From positions 19,101 to 83,100 of the forward strand of contig JAUCBJ010002580.1 in assembly GCA_032718475.1 (NCBI GenBank): a stretch of DNA of 64,000 nt, read 5' to 3'. Of the stretch, positions 12,108 through 23,205 are shown piece by piece. A program made the translations under genes and the position numbers. The notes under the pieces are model-generated. The model was not told the DNA's origin, made no database searches, and was given only the letters and a program-made list of their open reading frames with translations. This DNA is from Nemertoderma westbladi (Eukaryota > Animalia > Xenacoelomorpha). Numbering within the stretch: position 1 is the stretch's first letter; every line of letters begins with the position of its first letter.

Positions 12108-15100
12108 ATTTTTTTTATCAATAGAATAAAAGTTCAAATTAAAAATGACGGTACAATATAAAACAAACAGATATTGATAAAAAATATTTAATTGATGTTA
12201 AAATATTCCAAGATTCCCTTGTGTTTTTGTTTAAAATTCAGACCTAACAACGCTATATGTCAGCTTAATAAAAGATACGGTTAGAGTTTCTTGCATTGTT
12301 AGAGACCCCGGCCTTATTTCTAATTTAACCAAGTTCGTGTGATAAAGACCATTGTGCAAATTTGACAGTGATGGTATCGGAAAGTTCATTGATGCCGACT
12401 TGTATGTGCTTCCCAATCCTTGATATTTAAGTTTCTTATTCTCAAGTAGTAATATTAACAATACCTTTTGGCTTTGGTTAGAACAGCTAGATATTCGCAT
12501 AATGATCACCAGAATTTCCCGGAATATTTGCATTCGGATAGGCATTGTTTTTGAGAGCTCGTGGATTACCTGACTGTTGGCATAGCAACCCAAGTGCAAG
12601 ATCCCACGTAGAATCTTTCGGTAAGTAACGTCAACTCCAACTCTGTCATGTTCAGAAAGGCCCCCTAGATAAAATATCGTGCTGTATTGAATCTTTGGCA
12701 CAGCATATTATGAAAGTCCAAAACTTTGCTATTGTATCTAAACTAAACCACTCTGGTGTCCAACTATGGCGGTGAAACTCGTTGGCAATTCCATACAAGA
12801 TGCTGTCAATTTCTCCCCTCAATTTGTCTGAAGTCGAAAATATCTTAACTCCTAGAAATTTGATTTGGTTGCAAGGTATTATAAGTTTTCCATTAATATT
12901 TAGTACATTCGATTCTTCAAATTTACTTGATATACAAATCCAATTAGTTTTGGACTGCTCCATCTCCAGATCTATTTTAGAAGCGCCGTCTTTTAATATG
13001 CCTTGTGATGTCTTCCTTATCTCTGTCATGCATCCGATGCATCTCCGATGACCTCCGTCAACATAGCACACTGCTCCTAACCACACTGAAGAGATCGTAC
13101 ATCCAATCTGAGACTTCTCCATTTCATACATAATGTCCAATGTATATAAGTTAAATAGTAGAGGCGACAGAATTGACCCTGTTTGACCCCGTTGGATAGT
13201 GAGAAACCTTTAATGTCTACAAGGTTATCAAATTTACAATACATTATAGTTACATTGTAATAACTCATTAACAATAGTGTTGTGTATGCGTCTAAATATT
13301 CAGAGAGTTTTCTGAACAGCTTCTCGTGATTTACACTGTCAAACGCGTAAGCTATATCCATTTGGCAGAGGTATATTGGTACCTTCCTCTCGCGAAAGTA
13401 TTCAATACTTTCTAGAATCAAAGATATAACAAGGTCGGCTCCATTTTTTTCCTATATGCCGTCTGCAACCCATGAGTTTTTAGGTCCGTGAAAGTTGTTA
13501 TCCTGTATGCTATTACTCCCTCCAATACTTTTCCAAACACACTTACGCATGATACTGGCCGATAAGATGATGGTTGTTGTGCATCCCTTCCTCCACCTTT
13601 AAAGATACTGCTGATTATAGTTTTGCCTAAGAGTGTTGGTACCCTGTGTAGTCTCATAGCAACGGCAAAAACGGTTTCTAGTTGAACGCTAATGGTGTCA
13701 ATGTCCAAACATTGCAAATGTTCAGATGTAAGAGAGGCAAAGTCTAATGCTTTTCCATGTGGCAAATGCCTAATAATTCTGGCAATCTCTACTGAGCTAA
13801 ATATTGGGATCTTGTCATTACACTTTTCCAGTAACTCGTATCTTAAACTTTCAACAATTTTGTCGGTATTCTTAGGTTTGTTAAATTTTTCTTGCAGGAA
13901 TTCCCTAATATTCATCTTCAACTTGTCTACTGCGTTGGCCCGAACTTGTCCTTTCATTTTTTCTTTCTTTGTGAAGTTTTTCCAGAATTTTTTGGCGGAG
14001 TTGGTTTTTGGGTTTATTGCCATGCTTACCTTTCTCAGATTACTTTTCGATATAAAGTTTATTATCCTTACGTCTACTTTCCCATATGGTTGTTAGGAGT
14101 TTCTTTACTATTTCTGAGTGATCTGTGGGGCGAGCCACGAAGTTGGCGGAGCCTTAGCGAATTGACACTGTTAGGGGATGGGTCAATTTATGCAAATAGT
14201 TGTCGTCGTCGTCGTCGTCGTCGTCTTTGTCGTCGTCGTCGTCGTCGTCGTTGTCGTCGTCGTCGTCGTCATTACGATTTTGACATGCTAATAACTTTTT
14301 CGGATTTAAAGCTGCCAAGTTGAAAATTTGTAGGTATCAATATGAGCAAAAGTTGAGATTTTTGAGAGACTTTCAGACACCATCAGTGCAATGGTCTCCC
14401 GCTAGAGGGCCACATGTCTAAACATTAAATACCCTCCCATTTCTTTGCTTTTAATCCGTTTAAGCTGAAACTTGGCAGATATGTTTTAGACCATTAGCTG
14501 TGACTTTCAAAGGAGGCGAATCCATCTGCAGTTCTCCAGTCTGCCGCTAGAGGGCCAAAGGTCTGAAAGTGAAAACAACTAACGACGACAACTATTTGCA
14601 TAAATTGACCCACCCCCTAACAGTGTCAATTCGCTAAGGCTTCGCCAACTTTGTGCTGCGCGAAGGCCCCACTTCGTGTAATCTTATTATTATGAACTCT
14701 TACGTTCTTTGTTTGTTTTCTATGGTTAACTTGGGGCAGAAATTGTGATGCAGCAAAACAGATTATTCTTTGGATTTCTTCTATGTAAACGGGGACCCTT
14801 GGTTGATCCAACATCACCATTGATTTCTCCAAGGATGACCGGTATTGCCAAATTATTTTCTTTTATTATGTTATCCAGTCTCGATAAAAAGTTGATATAT
14901 TCACCTGAGTCTGGTGCGTAACATGATAGAAATAAATATTCTTGAGAGCTGTTTTCTACAGTTGTACGTATTCCTGATATGTACTCTCCCGATTTAACAT
15001 CCACTAAACTGCCAAAGTTTCCATTACTGTAGAAGAGTGCTGTACCACCTACTCCCCTCCTTAAGTTTATATTGCTCATCTTATCGCTCACTGTATAAAT

Positions 15101-16332
15101 GCTTTGAAAGTCGTCCACTATATTTTTGGATACACTGAGAAAATTCTTGTAAATCCAGATTCCCTAAAACGGTTCTAAAGTATTCCATATTTCCAATAAT
15201 TCCATGACAGTTAAATGTTCCAATCCTTAATAATTTTTTTGTTGATTTATTTGTAGTAGTTGATTCCGTATTACAATTGCCCGTTTCTGTTAGATTTTCT
15301 GTTCTGGGCTCCTTTTGGGCTACTTCAATGTTAGGAATGTGGCCTTACATTCGAGCGCTTATGGTTGTATTTATAATCCCAGTGCTCCACTCGAATCCCA
15401 TCTCCAAAGAGATTATTCTTCAATAGACTATCAGAAAATTTATTCCAAACCACAACTTTCATGTTTTTAGCGTCATTATATATTCTAGTGGTAATTCTAT
15501 ACACCGGAATTCCATTTCTATGGAGGTGGTCAACGATGTCCTCCTCACTGTACTTCCTATGTATCCCCTTTATAAGGGTTGCCTCATATCTATGTGAGTC
15601 CGCGCATGTTATAGGGTTTATTGATCCTTGTTGCTTCTTTATGTTAGTATTATACTTTTGAGGGTATTGATATTCTTGTTGTTTAGCTGGCCTCTTTAGG
15701 GTTTTCCCTTCATTATGAACATTTGGTTTTATATTCCAGCTATCTAATTCTGTTTTGAATGATGAACACAATGTTTGCTCCAATATTATCAAACTTACTT
15801 CATCTATAGAGTTTCCTATCATTTTAGTTTTCCATTCCTTTGTATCAGTTGGAATTTCATTTTTTGGCATCCATTGCATCTTTTGTTCTTGATCATTTTC
15901 TTGTCCTTCAATATCTTTAATGTTTTGAGATTTTAAATTAGTATTCATTGTGTTACCATCGTTCTCCATTTCAATTATATTTGCCGTTTCCAATACTTTA
16001 AACCGGTTACCTGTAGCCACACGTGAAGTGTGGGAATTTGTGTAGACCCAGGGGGGGTGCCGAGACCCTCATATTATGTTTCTTTCTATCTTTATTTCTA
16101 ACCCTTTTTGATTGTATTCTAAATTTGGAATTTAAATCCACTGATGAATCTGAAATTGTTGTTTCTTCCAATAATAAATAGTTGTCTTCGTTGCCAATAT
16201 GCCAATATCTGTTGTGACTTCCTTAATTGTTGTAGATTGTTGAGTACGGTGTGCCTGTGGTGGAGTAGAGCCTTCTATCTTGGTACTTTTTCTATTTTCG
16301 ATTCCGAAATTGGTTTTATTAATTGCAGATAC
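12108..16332 (-). mobile_element. Degenerate two-ORF LINE (ORF1 + APE + RT), internally deleted; copy A
   Basis: ORF1-like 15331-16020; APE fragment 14726-15118 (RGVGGTALF, YAP, ILG.IN); RT pieces 13418-14023 (FKGG..SYRPVS), 13077-13421 (DIAYAFDSV, GVKQG), 12652-13140 (KFLGV) and 12231-12701. A-rich 3' end near 12108. 5' side cut by an LTR at 16333. Confidence 0.85.
14127..14676 (+). mobile_element. HINE/DINE-1-like non-autonomous element, copy 1
   Basis: ~70-bp subterminal inverted repeats (CACGAAGTTGGCGGAGCCTTAGCGAATTGACACTGTTAGGGG...), internal (GTC)n microsatellite and terminal hairpin CGAAG-GCCCCA-CTTCG. Boundaries defined by the empty site in copy B. Helentron affiliation is inferred from architecture. 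Confidence 0.75.
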
Positions 16333-16903
16333 TGATGGATTATTTCACTATAAAGTAGCATTTGTTGTTTAACGTAAAAACTTTCTAAAATCCGACGCAT
16401 TCTGATTATATTACAGTAATGTAATATGCCTATTCATATTGGTACACATAAATCCGTAGGTAGCTCTTTTGGCGCAGTGGTCAGATGGTTAAGGCGTTGG
16501 TTACATTACAGATAGGTTACGAGTTCGAATTCCAGTCAGGAAATTTGCATTTTTGGGCAATTTATTTTCATTTGATCTAATTTGATAAGCCAATGAGGTG
16601 CGTACAATGTATGGAACGATGAGTTGGGCCAATCATAGGGCATGGAACATCTTATTGCTCCAATGTGAAGCCATGGAATGCTCTGGAAGGTTCTAGCGAA
16701 TTCTTATGTCCCAGATTTGCTATATAAGGGCTGGTTTGACTTCGGTTATCACTCACTTATAACTTGTTATTTCTATTACTCTTGACTTATAACTTGACTG
16801 ATTGTTAGTGTTCAGGTTGATAAATCTTTGTAAATTATGTAAATATACTGTAAACTTTTGAACATGTATATTTCTACTCGTCCACCTTTGGGACAGCCAA
16901 ACA
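16333..16903 (+). mobile_element. Duplicated 5' LTR of BEL element 2, followed by duplicated leader to 17669
   Basis: TG...CA, 571 bp, with CCAAT boxes and TATATAAG near 16720. Essentially identical to 21021-21591. Confidence 0.75.
16460..16553 (+). ncRNA. tRNA-derived Pol III-like cassette inside the LTR (not a functional tRNA)
   Basis: A box TGGCGCAGTGG, B box GAGTTCGAATTC, then TTTTT. No proper acceptor stem. Confidence 0.6.
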
Positions 16904-17669
16904 TTTGGGAGACGGCTGCCTTAATCGTTAGGCCGTCAGCAATGCAGGGAAAGATGTCCACAACACACTAAGCGCCCACATTAGATTTGCCCACGCGCCC
17001 GTTTGAAGCATGCCCCCTTGCCATACAGCGCCCACTTCAGAGGAAGGTAAGACTTTGTTTGACGCCCTTGCCCGCAGTAAGACCTATAGATCAGGGTAAG
17101 CGTGACACCGTCCTGGGACGCCGTAACATTTAGGATCGAATATTTTAGACTTAGACAGGAGCAAACAAGCAAAATCCCCGGATTAACCTGTATCTCCTAT
17201 AGGTGTGAACTATTGCTGTTTGTCAGTACGCGCAAGTACACTTTAGGTGCAGACAGCACAAGTTCCATAATTTGGTGATTTGCAGTACTGACAGCTCTGT
17301 ACCGGTTCACTTTGTAGTTTATACATTTGCCCACCCCTGTCTGAGCCCGAAATATTTGATCAGGCAAGGAGCAGCTTTCTGCTACCGGCACTTCGCTTGG
17401 CCTAGGGAGGTTTATTAATATCCTACCACGCCTTGCCACGTACTGATAGGTATTTGCTGCTAACCACCGCAGCAACAAAATTCTAGAATCAAATTTGTAT
17501 ACCAGATCAGCCAACGTACAGTAGCAATAAATACCTATTTCTTATCTTACAACCAGAATCTGGTATTTGTGCCGATCACGGGTGTAGTTACTAACACTGT
17601 AATTGCCCGGTTGAGTTGTGGATAGGAAGGAGAGAGCTTTGAAGTCATTTGTAAGTATAAAGTCCTACA

Positions 17670-18066
17670 CGAAGTGGGGACTTCGCGCAGCACGAAGTTG
17701 GCAGAGCCTTAGCGAATTGACACTGTTAGGGGGTAGGTCAATTTATGCAAATAGTCACGTTGGCCCTCTAGCGGCAGACTGGAGAACTGCAGATGGACTC
17801 GCCTCTTTTGAAAGTCACAGCTAATGGTCTAATACATATCTGCCAAGTTTCAGCTTAAACGGATTAAAAGCAAAGAAATGGGAGGGCATTTAATGTTTAG
17901 ACATGTGGCCCTCTAGCGGGAGACCATTGCACTGATGGTGTCTGAAAGTCTCTCAAAAATCTCAACTTTTGCTCATATTGATACCTACAAATTTTCAACT
18001 TGGCAGCTTTAAATCCGACAAAGTTATTAGCATGTCAAAATCGTAACGACGACGACGACGACGACA

Positions 18067-18097
<31 letters not shown>

Positions 18098-18173
18098 CAA
18101 CTATTTGCATAAATTGACCCACCCCCTAACAGTGTCAATTCGCTAAGGCTCCGCCAACTTCGTGGCTCGCCCC
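17670..18173 (-). mobile_element. HINE-like element, copy 2, at the duplication junction
   Basis: Same subterminal inverted repeats, (GAC)n and perfect terminal hairpin CGAAGT-GGGG-ACTTCG; flanked by ACA on both sides. Confidence 0.75.
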
Positions 18174-21020
18174 ACAAATCCAATTAGTTTTGGACTGCTC
18201 CATCTCCAGATCTATTTTAGAAGCGCCGTCTTTTAATATGCCTTGTGATGTCTTCCTTATCTCCGTCATGCATCCGATGCATCTCCAATGACCTCCGTCA
18301 ACATAGCACACTGCTCCTAACCACACTGAAGAGATCGTACATCCAATCTGAGACTTCTCCATTTCATACATAATGTCCAATGTATATAAGTTAAATAGTA
18401 GAGGCGACAGAATTGACCCTGTTTGACCCCGTTGGATAGTGAGAAACCTTTAATGTCTACAAGGTTATCAAATTTACAATATATTATAGTTACATTGTAA
18501 TAACTCATTAACAATAGTGTTGTGTATGCGTCTAATAATATTCAGAGAGTTTTCTGAACAGCTTCTCGTGATTTACACTGTCAAACGCGTAAGCTATATC
18601 CATTTGGGAGAGGTATATTGGTACCTTCCTCTCGCGAAAGTATTCAATACTTTCTATAATCAAAGATATAACAAGGTCGGCTCCATTTTTTTCCTATATG
18701 CCGTCTGCAACCCATGAGTTTTTAGGTCCGTGAAAGTTGTTATCCTGTATGCTATTACTCCCTCCAATACTTTTCCAAACACACTTACGCATGATACTGG
18801 CTGATAAGATGATGGTTGTTGTGCATCCCTTCCTCTACCTTTAAAGATACTGCTGATTATAGTTTTGCCTGAGAGTGTTGGTACCCTGTGTAGTCTCATA
18901 GCAACGGCAAAAACGGTTTCTAGTTGAACGCTAATGGTGTCAATGTCCAAACATTGCAAATGTTCAGATGTAAGAGAGGCAAAGTCTAATGCTTTTCCAT
19001 GTGGCAAATGCCTAATAATTCTGGCAATCTCTACTGAGCTAAATATTGGGATCTTGTCATTACACTTTTCCAGTAACTCGTATCTTAAACTTTCAACAAT
19101 TTTGTCGGTATTCTTAGGTTTGTTAAATTTTTCTTGCAGGAATTCCCTAATATTCATCTTCAACTTGTCTGCTGCGTTGGCCCGAACTTGTCCTTTCATT
19201 TTTTCTTTCTTTGTGAAGTTTTTCCAGAATTTTTTGGCGGAGTTGGTATTTGGGTTTATTGCCATGCTTACCTTTCTCAGATTACTTTTCGATATAAAGT
19301 TTATTTTCCTTACGTCTACTTTCCCATATGGTTGTTAGGAGTTTCTTTACTATTTCTGAGTGATCTGTAATCTTATTATTATGAACTCTTACGTTTTTGT
19401 TTGTTTTCTATGGTTAACTTGGGGCAGAAATTGTGATGCAGCAAAACAGATTATTCTTTGGATTTCTTCTATGTAAACGGGGACCCTTGGTTGATCCAAC
19501 ATCACCATTGATTTCTCCAAGGATGACCGGTATTGCCAAATTATTTTCTTTTATTATGTTATCCAGTCTCGATAAAAAGTTGATATATTCACCTGAGTCT
19601 GGTGCGTAACATGATAGAAATAAATATTCTTGAGAGCTGTTTTCTACAGTTGTACGTATTCCTGATATGTACTCTCCCGATTTAACATCCACTAAACTGC
19701 CAAAGTTTCCATTACTGTAGAAGAGTGCTGTACCACCTACTCCCCTCCTTAAGTTTATATTGCTCATCTTATCGCTCACTGTATAAATGCTTTGAAAGTC
19801 GTCCACTATATTTTTGGATACACTGAGAAAATTCTTGTAAATCCAGATTCCCTAAAACGGTTCTAAAGTATTCCATATTTCCAATAATTCCATGACAGTT
19901 AAATGTTCCAATCCTTAATAATTTTTTTGTTGATTTATTTGTAGTAGTTGATTCCGTATTACAATTGCCCGTTTCTGTTAGATTTTCTGTTCTGGGCTCC
20001 TTTTGGGCTACTTCAATGTTAGGAATGTGGCCTTACATTCGAGCGCTTATGGTTGTATTTATAATCCCAGTGCTCCACTCGAATCCCATCTCCAAAGAGA
20101 TTATTCTTCAATAGACTATCAGAAAATTTATTCCAAACCACAACTTTCATGTTTTTAGCGTCATTATATATTCTAGTGGTAATTCTATACACCGGAATTC
20201 TATTTCTATGGAGGTGGTCAACGATGTCCTCCTCACTGTACTTCCTATGTATCCCCTTTATAAGGGTTGCCTCATATCTATGTGAGTCCGCGCATGTTAT
20301 AGGGTTTATTGATCCTTGTTGCTTCTTTATGTTAGTATTATACTTTTGAGGGTATTGATATTCTTGTTGTTTAGCTGGCCTCTTTAGGGTTTTCCCTTCA
20401 TTATGAACATTTGGTTTTATATTCCAGCTATCTAATTCTGTTTTGAATGATGAACACAATGTTTGCTCCAATATTATCAAACTTACTTCATCTATAGAGT
20501 TTCCTATCATTTTAGTTTTCCATTCCTTTGTATCAGTTGGAATTTCATTTTTTGGCATCCATTGCATCTTTTGTTCTTGATCATTTTCTTGTCCTTCAAT
20601 ATCTTTAATGTTTTGAGATTTTAAATTAGTATTCATTGTGTTACCATCGTTCTCCATTTCAATTATATTTGCCGTTTCCAATACTTTAAACCGGTTACCT
20701 GTAGCCACACGTGAAGTGTGGGAATTTGTGTAGACCCAGGGGGGGTGCCGAGACCCTCATATTATGTTTCTTTCTATCTTTATTTCTAACCCTTTTTGAT
20801 TGTATTCTAAATTTGGAATTTAAATCCACTGATGAATCTGAAATTGTTGTTTCTTCCAATAATAAATAGTTGTCTTCGTTGCCAATATGCCAATATCTGT
20901 TGTGACTTCCTTAATTGTTGTAGATTGTTGAGTACGGTGTGCCTGTGGTGGAGTAGAGCCTTCTATCTTGGTACTTTTTCTATTTTCGATTCCGAAATTG
21001 GTTTTATTAATTGCAGATAC
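18174..21020 (-). mobile_element. Degenerate LINE, copy B (3' part missing)
   Basis: Duplicate of 12934-16332 without the HINE. Confidence 0.88.
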
Positions 21021-21147
21021 TGATGGATTATTTCACTATAAAGTAGCATTTGTTGTTTAACGTAAAAACTTTCTAAAATCCGACGCATTCTGATTATATT
21101 ACAGTAATGTAATATGCCTATTCATATTGGTACACATAAATCCGTAG

Positions 21148-21242
21148 GTAGCTCTTTTGGCGCAGTGGTCAGATGGTTAAGGCGTTGGTTACATTACAGA
21201 TAGGTTACGAGTTCGAATTCCAGTCAGGAAATTTGCATTTTT
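21148..21242 (+). ncRNA. tRNA-derived Pol III-like cassette in the 5' LTR of BEL 2
   Basis: A box TGGCGCAGTGG, B box GAGTTCGAATTC and T5 run. Confidence 0.6.
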
Positions 21243-22357
21243 GGGCAATTTATTTTCATTTGATCTAATTTGATAAGCCAATGAGGTGCGTACAATGTAT
21301 GGAACGATGAGTTGGGCCAATCATAGGGCATGGAACATCTTATTGCTCCAATGTGAAGCCATGGAATGCTCTGGAAGGTTCTAGCGAATTCTTATGTCCC
21401 AGATTTGCTATATAAGGGCTGGTTTGACTTCGGTTATCACTCACTTATAACTTGTTATTTCTATTACTCTTGACTTATAACTTGACTGATTGTTAGTGTT
21501 CAGGTTGATAAATCTTTGTAAATTATGTAAATATACTGTAAACTTTTGAACATGTATATTTCTACTCGTCCACCTTTGGGACAGCCAAACATTTGGGAGA
21601 CGGCTGCCTAAATCGTTAGGCCGTCAGCAATGCAGGGAAAGATGTCCACAACACACTAAGCGCCCACATTAGATTTGCCCACGCGCCCGTTTGAAGCATG
21701 CCCCCTTGCCATACAGCGCCCACTTCAGAGGAAGGTAAGACTTTGTTTGACGCCCTTGCCCGCAGTAAGACCTATAGATCAGGGTAAGCGTGACACCGTC
21801 CTGGGACGCCGTAACATTTAGGATCGAATATTTTAGACTTAGACAGGAGCAAACAAGCAAAATCCCCGGATTAACCTGTATCTCCTATAGGTGTGAACTA
21901 TTGCTGTTTGTCAGTACGCGCAAGTACACTTTAGGTGCAGACAGCACAAGTTCCATAATTTGGTGATTTGCAGTACTGACAGCTCTGTACCGGTTCACTT
22001 TGTAGTTTATACATTTGCCCACCCCTGTCTGAGCCCGAAATATTTGATCAGGCAAGGAGCAGCTTTCTGCTACCGGCACTTCGCTTGGCCTAGGGAGGTT
22101 TATTAATATCCTACCGCGCCTTGCCACGTACTGATAGGTATTTGCTGCTAACCACCGCAGCAACAAAATTCTAGAATCAAATTTGTATACCAGATCAGCC
22201 AACGTACAGTAGCAATAAATACCTATTTCTTATCTTACAACCAGAATCTGGTATTTGTGCCGATCACGGGTGTAGTTACTAACACTGTAATTGCCCGGTT
22301 GAGTTGTGGATAGGAAGGAGAGAGCTTTGAAGTCATTTGTAAGTATAAAGTCCTACA

Positions 22358-23076
22358 CGAAGTGGGGACTTCGCGCAGCACGAAGTTGGCAGAGCCTTAG
22401 CGAATTGACACTGTTAGGGGGTAGGTCAATTTATGCAAATAGTCACGTTGGCCCTCTAGCGGCAGACTGGAGAACTGCAGATGGACTCGCCTCCTTTGAA
22501 AGTCACAGCTAATGGTCTAATACATATCTGCCAAGTTTCAGCTTAAACGGATTAAAAGCAAAGAAATGGGAGGGCATTTAATGTTTAGACATGTGGCCCT
22601 CTAGCGGGAGACCATTGCACTGATGGTGTCTGAAAGTCTCTCAAAAATCTCAACTTTTGCTCATATTGATACCTACAAATTTTCAACTTGGCAGCTTTAC
22701 TTTAAATCCGACAAAGTTATTAGCATGTCAAAATCGTAACGACGACAACGATTTCACTTTCAGACCTTTGGCCCTCTAGCGGCAGACTGGAGAACTGCAG
22801 ATGGATTCGCCTCCTTTGAAAGTCACAGCTAATGGTCTAATACATATCTGCCAAGTTTCAGCTTAAACGGATTAAAAGCAAAGAAATGGGAGGGCATTTA
22901 ATGTTTAGACATGTGGCCCTCTAGCGGGAGACCATTGCACTGATGGTGTCTGAAAGTCTCTCAAAAATCTCAACTTTTGCTCATATTGATACCTACAAAT
23001 TTTCAACTTGGCAGCTTTAAATCCGACAAAGTTATTAGCATGTCAAAATCGTAACGACGACGACGATGATGACGAC

Positions 23077-23130
<54 letters not shown>

Positions 23131-23205
23131 AACTATTTGCATAAATTGACCCACCCCCTAACAGTGTCAATTCGCTAAGGCTCCGCCAACTTCGTGGCTC
23201 GCCCC
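22358..23205 (-). mobile_element. HINE-like element, copy 3, with tandemly doubled ~300-bp core
   Basis: Same termini as copies 1 and 2. Core TTGGCCCTCTAGCGGCAG...AAATCGTAACGACGAC occurs twice (~22448 and ~22768). Long (GAC)n at 23054-23130. Confidence 0.75.

Larger units (their letters stand above)
12934..23205. repeat. Near-identical tandem segmental duplication: copy A 12934-18173, copy B 18174-23205
   Basis: ORF pairs are identical or nearly so (13418/18660, 14726/19414, 15331/20019, 17197/21885). Copy A has an extra HINE at 14127-14676; copy B shows the empty site at 19366-19369. Confidence 0.95.

Noticed and set aside
13892-14323. Poly-Arg ORFs (also 17995-18183)
   Set aside because: Translation of the (GTC)n microsatellite in the HINEs.
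16460-16553. Functional tRNA gene or independent SINE insertion
   Set aside because: No acceptor stem or cloverleaf. About 130 bp of upstream sequence is shared by all copies, so it travels with the LTR.
16981-17514. Minus-strand ORFs 16981-17172 and 17197-17514 (duplicated at 21669-22202)
   Set aside because: They lie in the inferred BEL 2 leader. Their identity between copies reflects the recent duplication, not selection.
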